Source of the DNA: an uncultured virus (IMG/VR IMGVR_UViG_3300025141_012107)
Lineage: Duplodnaviria > Heunggongvirae > Uroviricota > Caudoviricetes
IMG/VR virus record: IMGVR_UViG_3300025141_012107
Strand: one strand, 5' to 3'
Length of the DNA: 64,000 nucleotides
Under the pieces are notes generated by a model. The model ran no database searches, was not told the origin of the DNA, and saw nothing but the letters and a program-made list of their open reading frames with translations. The position numbers and the translations under genes were made by a program. Shown here in pieces: positions 9,123 through 20,900 of this stretch (position 1 is its first letter; each line of letters starts with the position of its first letter).

Positions 9123-10025
9123 TCAGTCGTCTTCAGGGAAAACAAGTTCCGTTTCACCCTTAGTGGACGTAGACGGAGCCCTCTTCATCTCTCTTCCTTC
9201 AATCCATGCATTCCAACTACGAATACAGACAGCAGTCAACTCGCTCATAGAGACCTTAAGCAAACCTTTGCCAGGCGTGTCTCCGACCCTTGATGAATTC
9301 AAAAGATCTCTAAGACGGAACCTTGGATCGTTTGCATGCAACAGTTCGCCTTCTGCAACTGCTGTCCAAAATTCAACCGCTTTAGCTGAAGACTCTACAA
9401 GAGTCTTGTACATCACCGCCAAAACGCTCATGCGTCTCAGATGTTTTTGCGACCACCCTATCTCGTAGCATTTGTTTACGGCATCAGCGTCAGCGGTTGA
9501 GAAGCATTCATCCAGCTTAACGCTTCTGGGTCTGTTGCTGTTCTTTTTGAAATCGTTACCAGCCAGTTCGACGGATGAAGACATGGTAGAGGCAAACTTT
9601 GCCCCCTTGCCTGCAAAAATGCCAATACTTGTATAAGGTTTGGCAATTTCCAAAGCACTTCTAGAAGATGCAGAATTATCAAAAGAGGCAAAGCATTTCG
9701 CAAGCTCTTCTTTACTGCTGACATCAACATACATAATTGGCATAGTCAATGTACATTTGCGATTACGCATTACTGTCAACGTATGCTGAGAATTCATCAG
9801 GACATGAGAGTGACTGCTTTGGTCCTTGGCTATGTAAACAAACCCACCTACGCATCTGGCTATAGCCACTATATTGGTATGAAAATCTTTTGACTCCATA
9901 AGATCGTTTATGAAAACTAAACGTGCGTCCTTGCAAAAACGCTGGTCTTCGTAAATGTTCATTGTCAGGAAATGATCCACTTGTACCGGGTCAACTTCTA
10001 CGACTTCAAGACTTGACATTTTCAT
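9123..10025 (-). CDS. Hypothetical protein, possibly degenerate ParB/Srx-like N-terminal domain
   Basis: DQR...LMNSQHTL resembles NQR...LIDGQHRL. Confidence 0.5.
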   Translation of the reverse strand: MKMSSLEVVEVDPVQVDHFLTMNIYEDQRFCKDARLVFINDLMESKDFHTNIVAIARCVGGFVYIAKDQSSHSHVLMNSQHTLTVMRNRKCTLTMPIMYVDVSSKEELAKCFASFDNSASSRSALEIAKPYTSIGIFAGKGAKFASTMSSSVELAGNDFKKNSNRPRSVKLDECFSTADADAVNKCYEIGWSQKHLRRMSVLAVMYKTLVESSAKAVEFWTAVAEGELLHANDPRFRLRDLLNSSRVGDTPGKGLLKVSMSELTAVCIRSWNAWIEGREMKRAPSTSTKGETELVFPEDD

Positions 10026-10069
10026 CTTCGGTCCCTTTCTAGGAGGCTTGGTTTCGTACTTCAGTCCAA

Positions 10070-10097
10070 ATTATCCCAGATTTTGCCAGAATGTCAA
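10070..10097 (-). promoter_or_regulatory. sigma70-type promoter
   Basis: TTGACA-N16-GATAAT on the minus strand upstream of 10025. Confidence 0.6.
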
Positions 10098-10225
10098 CCC
10101 CTAAACCCGCTATACGGGCTAAGTAAGGACAGATAAACGACGTAACCCCATGTAGTTTATGTAGTTACGCCGTTTATTTTCTTCTAGATGAGTCGGATTC
10201 TAGCGGACTTAGCAACGATGATGAG

Positions 10226-11860
10226 TCATTCGCCTACAAGAATGCGTAAGTTATTCGACAAATCCATCTTGAACTTGATTATTGTTTCTATGGGATCAAC
10301 AGAGCCTTCTAATTCATCACATACCCCATACATATACCCTACCTCAGCACTAGCCATGGCGTGGACCATAAAATCCAAAATACGCATCATCTTTTTGTCC
10401 CTTGATGCGTCCAGATAAACCGGATGCTCCGAGTTCCATATCACAACCAATTTTCTGTCAACCTTATCAGCTTCGTAAAGCTGCCCACCTCTGCCCATCT
10501 TGGCAGATTGATACTCTACTTCACCCAATTTTCCGCTTTGCCTATTAACCCCCAACCCTCTTGACCTTCCGGTGTTTTTGGGAACTACGGTTCCCTTGCC
10601 ATCTCCCGTATCTCTTTTTTCTTTCGATTGCGGTAGCGTGGGCAAAGCTAACCCTTTGGATTTTTCCCTTATCCTTTCTGATGCCGCATCATGAACCTCC
10701 TGAATGCCATCTGCGGTATTCTCAAGCCTTTCAGTAACACAGGCTTTGTATACTTTTGATGCAAATGGACGGAAGATTTCCTCAGACAATTTATCCTTAA
10801 TGCTTTTAGATATCTTGTCTGGATCAATATTGGACTTATTGTTATTTGTACCTATACCAGAATCAAGTTCATGTGCCTTGAAGTAGATAGCCATCCTCAT
10901 GCTATGGTGAGTGGTGTGCTTCTGATAGCAATCAAGCGTGGTCCCATGAGCTATTTCCCTGTTATTGCGATAAACATAGATGCCACAGGTTCTATTGTTG
11001 GTAGGAAGAACCTTGTCTCGCCTCACTTTATTAGGATCAATCTCATCTCGTTCTGGGAAAGACATACACCTGTAATGTATGGTGCCAGTCTTCTTTTCCC
11101 CGTCGTATTCAAACTCTACTTCAATATCTCCCTCTTCTGGTTCAACTCTAGGCGTTGCTATTTTCTTTAGTACCCAATCCTCCCATTCAAGAGGATCATA
11201 CGCCTCCACTTCATCTCCATTGATTTGAATTTTAACTCCATCATAAATCTTTTTCCAGAATATACGTGCCATTCGTTTTTTTGCTATATCGGCTGTTTGA
11301 GTTGTGACAGATATGGGGAACTTATCCAAATCATCAACCACTACAATGGTCCCATGATCGCTTATGCAACTCTCTTCTATAATCTCCACATCCTCCCAGT
11401 CGGTGGGGGGAGTCGATATAACCCATTGATCTAATTCCACGATTTTGTTTATGTCCAAAACAGCCTTATGCCATTCCCCTCCCTTTTCCAGCGTCAGTAT
11501 GGATAGCTTTTTACCAATAGCAAAGGATGCTACTTTCAACCCCATGCCGAAACAACCTAAGTCAGATATCTTGTCTTTTTCCAGATTCGAACCAAGACGA
11601 AGAGCTTCTTGCAAAGTGTCCTCATCCATACCGTACCCATCATCCGCAATGACAATTTGCGATTTTTTGTTTCTCTGCCTTATGAATATTCTTATGTTCT
11701 TACATTCGGCATCAATGCTGTTGTCTACTAGGTCCGCAAGCACTGTATACGGATTGTACCCAGCAGTCTCCCTTAATGCCAAAACAAGACGACCTGCATT
11801 TGGGGTGTTGTCTTTAAGATATGCGACCTGGGATTCAGACACTAGTTCTTGTGCGTTCAT
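10226..11860 (-). CDS. GHKL (MORC/HATPase_c_3-like) ATPase
   Basis: ADLVDNSIDA, IADDGYGM, LGCFGMGLK and HGTIV boxes. Confidence 0.85.
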   Translation of the reverse strand: MNAQELVSESQVAYLKDNTPNAGRLVLALRETAGYNPYTVLADLVDNSIDAECKNIRIFIRQRNKKSQIVIADDGYGMDEDTLQEALRLGSNLEKDKISDLGCFGMGLKVASFAIGKKLSILTLEKGGEWHKAVLDINKIVELDQWVISTPPTDWEDVEIIEESCISDHGTIVVVDDLDKFPISVTTQTADIAKKRMARIFWKKIYDGVKIQINGDEVEAYDPLEWEDWVLKKIATPRVEPEEGDIEVEFEYDGEKKTGTIHYRCMSFPERDEIDPNKVRRDKVLPTNNRTCGIYVYRNNREIAHGTTLDCYQKHTTHHSMRMAIYFKAHELDSGIGTNNNKSNIDPDKISKSIKDKLSEEIFRPFASKVYKACVTERLENTADGIQEVHDAASERIREKSKGLALPTLPQSKEKRDTGDGKGTVVPKNTGRSRGLGVNRQSGKLGEVEYQSAKMGRGGQLYEADKVDRKLVVIWNSEHPVYLDASRDKKMMRILDFMVHAMASAEVGYMYGVCDELEGSVDPIETIIKFKMDLSNNLRILVGE

Positions 11861-12048
11861 AATAGGTTCTCCTATTGTACGCCTTCAATGCTCGCCAGCA
11901 CCAAAGACTGGTAAAGAAACTTTTGGTTCAAACCTCACATTGAGATCCAGACCAAGACGTAACTATAGCAAACTTTTAGACACAAAATCAGCAAAAGATA
12001 GATAGCCTACAAAATTGTTGGGGGAATTATGCTTTGTCGATAAAGATA

Positions 12049-12174
12049 ATAGGCCCGCCATCGGAGTGGCTGGGCCTATGAGCCGCCAAGGAGGGGCTTA
12101 AGTTCTTCGAGAAGAACCAGTCTAGTTTCGGGGCTTCGGAACTTTCGTCTGGGGTTCGAATCCCCACGGCTCCA
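12049..12174 (+). ncRNA. tRNA-like structured RNA (non-canonical; tRNA-Ala/tmRNA-like 3' end)
   Basis: T-arm TGGGG-TTCGAAT-CCCCA (12150-12166) then CGGCTCCA; upstream hairpins; GTCGATAA promoter-like element at 12036-12043; no canonical anticodon arm. Confidence 0.5.
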
Positions 12175-12236
12175 TTTTACTATCGACATTTCCGGACAAC
12201 TTGTCAGGAAAGCAATACCTCAATTTTAGAAACAGC

Positions 12237-13226
12237 TTAATCCATCACAGCCTTAACAGCCTCTATATGCTCAGGCAAAAACCTTGGACGACCCTTTTCG
12301 CTGGCACGATAGCAAGGAACAGCCCCAATCTTGACCAAATGAGCTAAACGCTGATAAGGAATACCTAACTCCTCAGCTACATCCTTCATTCGCTTTGCCT
12401 CAAATCGCCACTCAGGTAACTTGAACTTGTAACCGTAACACTTGATCGGAGACTCCCGACCAATGAAGTCAAAGAATACAGGTATCCCCCTAGCCTTGAT
12501 GTAAACCCGATTATCATTGTTTCTATGACATTGTATTCCGACGCCCTGAAGCCTCTCTGCCAAGAACTCTACTCGATCAGGAGCAAACCCGTCTGTAGAC
12601 AACCGAAGCGACACAGAGTCTCCTGATTGAACTACAGAGCCGTCACCGAGATACCAGAGCATAACAGACTTGGGAGTAATGCGAACATCATCAGGCGGCT
12701 GCTTGATCCTTTTGCCGGAATTGTCGGCGGGATACCAACGTTGTTTCTGGATGTATAAATCAGGATGAAACTTAGTTTGTCCATGCCAAATAATTCCTGA
12801 TTTCATACTAGCATGCTTTCCATCCCAGAAACGAGACTGATAAGCATGAAAATATGACATCATATATTGGCAAAACTCCTCATGTTCAACTCCGCAGGTA
12901 ATCCTAGCACTTTCTATAGACGACTTATTGTCATATTGAATATTGCCATCACCCAGTAGAAAACCATCTACCGCTTCCATCGTAGCCTCGCACATATAGG
13001 ATATGCCATAATGCAGAGGATTGGGATCTCTGTTCCTTTTTGCCTCTGAACAGCTTCTGCCGATTCCCAGACGCTTGGCGTACTTATGCAGGGTTCCTAT
13101 AGATATGCTATGCCCCTGGTCCTTGAGCATTGCCGCTATTTTGGGATAAGACATGCGTTCTGCTACATAGTGTTTGAGGAAAAATGCTTCGGTTAACAGG
13201 TCGGTGTGGTGTGGTTGTTCTCTCAT
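12237..13226 (-). mobile_element. Free-standing LAGLIDADG homing endonuclease with C-terminal HTH
   Basis: GFLLGDG and LWYLGDGS motifs, LSTDGF; own promoter after the capsid terminator. Confidence 0.85.
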
Positions 13227-13314
13227 AATAGTCCTATTCTAGCTAAAAACCAGGCACTTACTACTATAACTGTCGGCATATTCCATAACTTTCCTTTAAC
13301 CTTTTTATGTAGGC

Positions 13315-13348
13315 AAAAAATAAGCCCCGCCGAAGCGGGGCCTATTTT
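13315..13348. terminator. Terminator after major capsid gene
   Basis: GCCCCGC-CGAA-GCGGGGC hairpin with A/T tracts on both sides. Confidence 0.85.
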
Positions 13349-13373
13349 AGTTCTTAGATGTTACCTAAGTCTA

Positions 13374-14246
13374 TTAGGTAGCAGCAGTTACTTCTATCTT
13401 TGAGACTGCGTAATCATTGACGATTACGATGCCTACTTCTTCGTAGATGACCCAGCCGAGACGTAACTTTTTCGGATCGTCAGCAGGGAGTACGGTGATA
13501 TCCTGACGGATCGGGAAAGCACCGACTGTTTCTGGCGAGGCGACGACGAGAACGACTGTCGAGGTCATACGAGACGATACGTGAATGTCAGCGGTCCACA
13601 AGTGACCATAAAGGCCGGTGGTGATGATTTCACGCTGAGTGGCTTCGTCAAAGAAGTCTTTGCCGAAGACACGGATCGTTGCATACTGGTTAGCATGGCA
13701 AACGATCTTAGCACTGACGAGGTCATGCTGTTCGATCAAACGGAAAGCCGTGTTGAGCGAAGCAACAGTCAAAGCGCCAACGTTGGTGACGATCTGGTCG
13801 CCCTTGGTGTCGGCAGCGGCGATCAGTGCGTTGAAGATATTCGTATCTTCTTCCTTCTGAATTGCTTCTTTGGCCTTGATCTGAGCACGGTCAACGATGA
13901 AGAATCTACGTGCCTTGATTTCGGACAAACGAACGGTTGGGTTCGCAGCGATTTCGAAGGTTGGGACCAGAATTTCTTCGCCTTCCTGAATCTGATCAGG
14001 AACGGCACCACGACGAGCTACGACGTGAGCGATAGCTGCAACGTCACGCTCGTAACGAGCGAGAGCACCCTGTGGCAGTTCGTCAACCATGAGAAGCTTA
14101 CGACCGACCGCTTGGTACTCAAGAGCACGACGGATAGGCTCTACCATAGCCTGGGCAAGAGCGGTACGACCTTCGTCGGTCTCTAGTGCCTGGGCGATGA
14201 CCATTTCCTTCTGCTCATCAGACAGATTGTTTTTCAGAAAACTCAT
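13374..14246 (-). CDS. Major capsid protein, HK97 fold (encapsulin/Linocin-like type)
   Basis: 290 aa, strong codon bias, position after protease and decoration genes, followed by terminator; YQAVGRKLLMVDELPQG / VPTFEIAANP / GWVIYEEVG motifs. Confidence 0.85.
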   Translation of the reverse strand: MSFLKNNLSDEQKEMVIAQALETDEGRTALAQAMVEPIRRALEYQAVGRKLLMVDELPQGALARYERDVAAIAHVVARRGAVPDQIQEGEEILVPTFEIAANPTVRLSEIKARRFFIVDRAQIKAKEAIQKEEDTNIFNALIAAADTKGDQIVTNVGALTVASLNTAFRLIEQHDLVSAKIVCHANQYATIRVFGKDFFDEATQREIITTGLYGHLWTADIHVSSRMTSTVVLVVASPETVGAFPIRQDITVLPADDPKKLRLGWVIYEEVGIVIVNDYAVSKIEVTAAT

Positions 14247-14331
14247 TTGTTTTCTCCCTTTCTTTTTAGCAAGTATTCGCCCTATGCAAACCTTGCAAAC
14301 TAGTTTTTGCCTAGTCCTATGTCAGTGTTGC

Positions 14332-14904
14332 TTACTGCAAGCTGAGCATGAACTGGAGGTAGTTACCGAGTGACAAGCTGCCATCGGTCGTATCGGTTCC
14401 GGGAACGCCGGATGGATACGCACGTGGACCAACAGTCACAACGCCGACGATCTGGCTGTTCGCCGAAGCGACGTCAGTCAGGTTACCGTTGCCGGATACG
14501 TAGAGCGGTTCACCGGGTTGATAAACAATCGGTGTTGCGCCATTGAGGGTCTCGTACTGGTCGGTTTCGAAGAGACCGCCTGCGATGTAGATAGTGATCT
14601 TGCCGGAAGCGGCAGTTTCATTAAATGCATCGGAGACACGGTTTTGTGTCGAGCGGGTTCGAGCCGTTGGGCTAGGACCGTGAGCGCCAATGACCAAGTC
14701 GGCGGCATAAGCCGTACCGGCAGCGGTCGTTGAACTGGTATCGCCGACAGGACCGATTGCTCGGGTTCCTGTAGCGCCAGCAGCTACTTGGGCCTGTCCG
14801 AGACTGTCAAGCTGAGCCCAGTCACCCTCAGTAAAGTTGGGGTTCGTGGACGGATCAACGGGTACGCTGATCGGGATCACATGATGCAGTTCGATAAGAG
14901 CCAT
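14332..14904 (-). CDS. Head decoration / capsid cement protein
   Basis: GKITIY..GG.FETDQY..YQPGEPLYVS.NG.LT beta-rich pattern; directly upstream of MCP. Confidence 0.7.
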   Translation of the reverse strand: MALIELHHVIPISVPVDPSTNPNFTEGDWAQLDSLGQAQVAAGATGTRAIGPVGDTSSTTAAGTAYAADLVIGAHGPSPTARTRSTQNRVSDAFNETAASGKITIYIAGGLFETDQYETLNGATPIVYQPGEPLYVSGNGNLTDVASANSQIVGVVTVGPRAYPSGVPGTDTTDGSLSLGNYLQFMLSLQ

Positions 14905-14922
14905 AATTCTCTTTCCTTCGTT

Positions 14923-17900
14923 CTATTGGCGGTTATACGCCTGTTTCCATTGAGCGTCGTCGTCGGCTTGCGCCGCAGCCACACGCTGTCCGAGCGTGAA
15001 CAACTGCTGGAGTTGTGAGCTAAGCTCATTAGGCTTGGAAGCCTTATACAACTCGTCGCCAACTTCGCTACTAATTACAGGGGCCTTACCTTCGATTCCC
15101 CTCGACGCCGTGTCGAATCCCTTTTGGCTTGCGAACAAAGACTTTTCATAGTCTTTGATCTGAGCAGGTTTGTAAGCCTGAAGCTCTGCTACTTTTTGCT
15201 GAAGTTGTTCGGACTGGATAAGTCCAGCCTGAATCATTTTTCCAGCTACTCGATAAGCTTCATTCATACTTGCCTCGGATTCCTGTGCATCGCTACTAGC
15301 GATGACGGTGCCTTTGTCTCTAGTTTGTTTCTCAGGGTCGATGTCATTTTCATCTTCATGCCCCAAGAGTTGGTTATCAGCCGGAATTTCCGGATGATCT
15401 TCAGGAGAGTCAGGTTTATCGCCCATACTTTCCTGTTCATGTCCCATCATCGAAACATTACCTTCGCCCTTCACTCCTTCGAGTGCTTCTTCGTCGCCGT
15501 CGCCTCTTGGCTTACGCTTCGAGCCTTCGGGGATACCGGCCAAGTCCTCATTTTTCTGGACTGGCTGAATATCTTCATCTTCATCAACGGGCTTAGGAGC
15601 TTCGAGTTTCTTATTTTGTGCCTCAAGGATTCTGTTTGCCAAAGCATTCATTCGATCCTTGGGGTTTCCAAATCCGTTCATTGCGGCCAGTTCAGCTTCT
15701 TTCTGTAGATCTTCTTCGGATGCAGCCTGTGAAGTACCGGCTCCATCTTCGCCGCCTGTGTAGCGATCATCGCCGCCTGTGTATCCCTGTTCCTCTTCAT
15801 GTCCCATGGATGGGGAACCGACAGGAATTTCGGGCTGAGGCTTATCCTGAGGATTCAGGTCTGAAGGCTCTTGCCCGATAGTGGCGTTATCTCTTGGGAC
15901 TTCAGGGTCGTTGGCCTTAGGAGGATCTTCATGCCCGATGGTTCCGGCATCTTCTCCGCCCGTATAAGGCTTAACTTCCTCTGAGTCTTGTACGTTTTCG
16001 TGTTGAATCTGAGTAACTTGAGCTTCTTTATTCTCGCCTTCGATTGCGGCGATGACATCTGAAAGATCCATATTAATCTTTCCTGTTTGTCCAAAATCTG
16101 ATCGCATGTTCATGGCTTGAATAAACTCCTGTTCCTGTTCTTGTTCTTCTCCGAACAATCCCGTCTCTGCGGGACGTGCTTCTTCTTCCATCAAATCATC
16201 GTCGCCTTCTTTGAATTCATCGCCTACAGGAACTTCTGGGTTATCTTCTTCAATAACCTCATCTTCGATTCCTTCTTTTTCTCCAACAACGTCATCAATT
16301 ACATCTTCAGCGGCATCTTCTACGACGCCATCTGGGTGATGATCTTCTGCTGCGATATCTTCAGGAGATTCGCCAAGAGCCTCATCGAGACCTCGGTCTA
16401 CTTCTTCAGTTACGCCAGGTTCAGCCTTCTCAAGTTCTGTGATAAGGTCGATGACCTTTTGAGCAACACCTTCGCCTTCCATCATTTCCACACCTTCGCC
16501 GCCGACTTCGTCGCCGCCGAATGGATCAACTTCATCATCCAGATCATCGATTCCGCCAACTTCGACTGGGATATCTTCAACTTCGTCAGTTTCCATCAAT
16601 CCTGCGAGGTCATCGGCAAATTTATGAACTGGAGAAGCAAGAGCTTCCTTGAGGGAACCGCAACGAGAAACTGCTTCTCTGATTGCGTAACCGCTGCGAA
16701 CCTGATGCTCGACGCACTCTTCGTCGCCGTCTCGTTTGTCCTGCCAGATGCTGGCAAGCTTGACGGCCAATCCATCGGTATAAACGTCTGCGTTCTTCAA
16801 CGAACTGCAAACGCAATCGTAAATTGGCTTACCTTCGCAAGGACCACTGAGGGCCAATGCATTTTCGCCAAAACGACGAGCTAGTTTTTCTCGGCAACTT
16901 TCGATTGGAAAAGTACCGGATACTGAGAATGCCTTCTTGTAATCGTCAACAACTGTACCAACCTTACTCGCCAGCTTGTTAAGGCCGGAGTTCTTGTCGG
17001 CTTTAACCTTCATGATGAGATCCGTCTTTTCACGGATGCTCATCTTATCGAAGTCAGCTTCAGCAACATTAAGGGCTTCTAGACCCTTGAGCAGTTCTTT
17101 GCGTGCTCTGCTGCAAGACGGGCATTCATCGCCAGCGATCTTAGGAACCCAACGCCATTCGGCGTAGGCATTCTTAGGATTCTTGGCATCAACGGCATAC
17201 TGAACCATATACTTGGTTCCGGTATCCATGCACATTCTCAAGCCATTTTCAAGCTTAATGGTGTTATTCTTACCTGTGGCAGGGCTAACGCTGCCAAGTT
17301 CGATTTCGCCTTCGGCCAATTTCTGAAGAGCTTCAGGAGTCAGACGAGTTGAGGCAGCGACCGGGATCTGAGGACCTTCGCCCTCTTCCGGAACCTCAAA
17401 GCCTTCGCCTTCGAATCCTTCAGCTTCTTCGGCACCCTTTTCATCAGAGGTAGTACCAGACCATTCCCAAACCTCGACATCGATCTTGATCGTACCCTTC
17501 GAACCGCAGTTATTGCATTCGAACTTGCCGCTGATAACATCAACGTCTTCCGAACCGCAAACCGGGCAGATGGATCCAGGAGGCAGTGGGCTAAGGTCGC
17601 CTTCAAGACCTTCTTCGCCGCCCAATTCATCCGGAGTAGTGCTCAGGCTTTCGACAGGAGCAGCACCGGCATCAGGAGGCTGAGGTAGGGAAGCGCCAGC
17701 ACCAGGTGCTTGTGCGGCTCCGCCTTGTCCACCCATTTCGCCGCCGAACATTTGAGCTTCTTTAGTTCGTTCTGCTCTTGCGGCGGTCTTGGTTTCGGCG
17801 TCGTCAGAAGCTACGGGCATTGCCCCACCGGCTCCGCCTCCGCCAGCGACTCCCGCACCCATCATGGGCTTGGGTTCGCCAAGAACATCATCAACAACAT

Positions 17901-20900
17901 CATCGGCAGCGTCTTCGTCGCCAAGGTCGATGTCAGAGCAAGGGCCTTCGTCTTCGCCCATGAATTCAGGACCATCAACACCATCGATAGCGAGCGAGCC
18001 TGCGGCTCCTTCGGGATCGATTTCGATAGTAATAACCTGAGCTTTCTTGTTACCAAGCTGAGCTTGTGCGAACTTGTTGCATGCTTCGATGAACGGAGCC
18101 TTGTCGGCAGGATCAGCACCTACTTCTTTGATCGATGCGTAGATGCGAAATCGACCGTCAAGACCTGAGATAGCGTCGTCCAACGCAGAAAACTTGTCAG
18201 TGATCGGTTCATCTTCATGAACTTCGCTGAGCTTAGTTTTGACAATTGTGTCAACTTCTTTCATGGCTTCCTTGGAACGAAGAACATGTGATACTGATTC
18301 GTAAACGTCTTCGACCTTAAGGCCATGCTGAGCGTTGTCGGCAACGGCGAAGATCATGGCATCGAGACTATCTGGAGTTTCGACGCTCTTTGTAGCCATC
18401 TTACGGAAGTAAGAAACATTATTGGCTACGGCAATGCGGTCTTCGCCCTTATGAGGAAGTGCGTTAATCAAGGTTAAGTAAGCGGCCTTTTCTCGCATAT
18501 CGTCGTTGTCCTGAATCTTGGAAGCGACTCTGGTCAACTCTGCGGGAGTTCGGTTGTACTTAGCGATTGCATCGGAGATAGCTCCGACAGCGACCTTAAC
18601 AACGGCTTGAGCATATTCTCTTGAAGCCCAACGCTTGATGCCGTAATCCTGATTACGCAATTGATCTTCGGTAATCGTTTCATAGGTTCCGACAAAGCGG
18701 TGGCTACTGAGCAGATCTTTAAGCTGAGCTTCGGTAATCCACTCTTCTTGATCTGTAGAAAGTTTAGAAGCAACGGCACGAGAAAAATCGTTCCATTGCT
18801 TTTCAGTGATGACATCTTGCATATCTTTCCAGCGAACAATGTAGCCTTCAGAGACTACGTCAAGCTGGTCTTCGGTAATCGTTTCATACGTACCTCGACG
18901 AGTTTGTGGACTTTCGCTGGTTGTGTCATTGACGGGTTCGTTATCTAGACCGAGTTGTTGATCACTCTCGGTAATACCTTCATAGGTATCGCCTGTTCTT
19001 GGGTGAAGGTCTAGGTCATTGGCATCTCGTATTTGTTTTTCAGTAATAACTTCGCCTTGCGAAGCGTCGTCATCTGACGGATTGCCAATAGATGCTGTTT
19101 TTTCCTGATCAGACATTGTTTCTGACTCCTTGGAATTCCTATTTTCTAATACTGTTTGGGCTGCCTTTTCGACATCCTGCCCAAACAGGCTTTGGATGTC
19201 CTCTGATAATTCAGAAAGGTGAGAGACCTTAAGGACCTCCTCACCTTTAGCTTCTGTTACATATGATCCGTCGAAGGTAACGGAATACCCGTTATCTCCA
19301 GAAACTGTTGTTGTTGACATATTCTTGTCTCTTAAGTTAGAAACAGTGTTACGGACCTCTTCGATCCTTCTTGTGACTTTCGATGCTGCTTTTATAAATT
19401 CCTTCTTTGAATTCAGTAATTCGTTTGACAATTTCGGTTTAGTGATCGTACCGACCCCACCCAAGTCGCCCGTTTCTGACCCTGGCATAGATGTTGCCAC
19501 AGGCTCAGGAGGTGCTTGCGGAGGTGCTTCAGGACCCGCTGGATCTATTAAAGCAGGACCTTCGGATTCGCTAACTACATCTGGAGAAGGTAGTTGTGAA
19601 TAACCCATTTCGTTTAATTCGTCTACAAGATCTTGAACTTTCTCCATAGCTTCAACCAGGTCAGACACATACGCCATCGAGATATGTTCTTTTTGAGACA
19701 ACATAGAGCGAGTAACTTCTTCCATATTGGTCATTGCATTTTTTAATGCTTCAAGTTCATTAACTCCGGCCTCTTTTTCCATAAGTTCAGAGTTTACTTT
19801 GACAAAACCCTCATCATTAACATTGGATGCCATCTTGACTACTTGAGCACTAAGTTCGGCAACCTTCTGCTGTACCGAAGGTTTATGAAGGATGCAATCA
19901 ACCAAGCAATCATGACAAGCTGGATTAACAACGAACGAATCCTCAATGAACTTGAGTCCGAAGTTATGCTCAAATGCTTGTTGAGCCTGGTGAACCAGAG
20001 TTTTCTTATCGCCCTTTTCTGTTCCGCAAAGAGGGCAACTATCAGTTGGCTTATTGTTACTCTGGTGATATTCGCACTTGTAGTTACCGCTGAGTTTACG
20101 ATTCTTCTTCTCTCGAATATGCGAGCAATAGTCTTCTGCTGTATGAGCATGGTTGTGGCATACTGAGCAGCAGCTATAATCCACTGCGCAGTTGTGTACA
20201 GCAACTCCCTCAACGATAAACGAATTGTCCTCGGCCACTTCTAGGTTAAAAACTGGCTGATCATTGGCTATGGTTTCTATTGCTTTTACAGGCATCACCA
20301 TAAAGTTATCAGCATGCCTAAACCATGACTGCCTATAATTGCCCTCCACCACTTTTTGGTCACATGTATATCCATTGAGCTTTTGAGACTCATTAGAACC
20401 TATGGATATGTGATATGATGTTCTGCGATTACTCGTTTCTTTTACATAAAGCGATGAATATATACCCAGTCTGGCAAGAACGAACCTTAATTGATGAGCC
20501 AGTTTTTCAGAACATGTCGATGCTGACAAATTGTCATATTGTTTCCCGATTCTCCAGTGGGTTATTCTCCTGCGGCACCCATCTCCTGCAAAATATGCTC
20601 CCAACAAATGAGCTTGAACCTCTTTATCCCAATACAGAATAGAACCAGACAGTTCCTTGCCATAAGAATATTCTCCACAATTCATCATAAACCAAGCAGC
20701 AACATCTTTATCATGGAATTTGACTGTTATCGTATTTTTATTTGGTCTTTCGTAAATCTTGGCCGATTTTCCGGTATTAGAGAATTCCTCGTCCAGAAGA
20801 TTCGATACTTCCTGTGCTAATGTTTTTTCTTCCAATCCGAATGTAAGTTCTACACCAGTCTTAGACCCTTTGTATTTAACATAACTACCTTCGGCCAAGA

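Noticed and set aside
12237..13373. Group I intron in the capsid gene hosting the LAGLIDADG ORF
   Set aside because: The MCP ends with a stop and terminator before the endonuclease, which has its own promoter; no second exon is evident.
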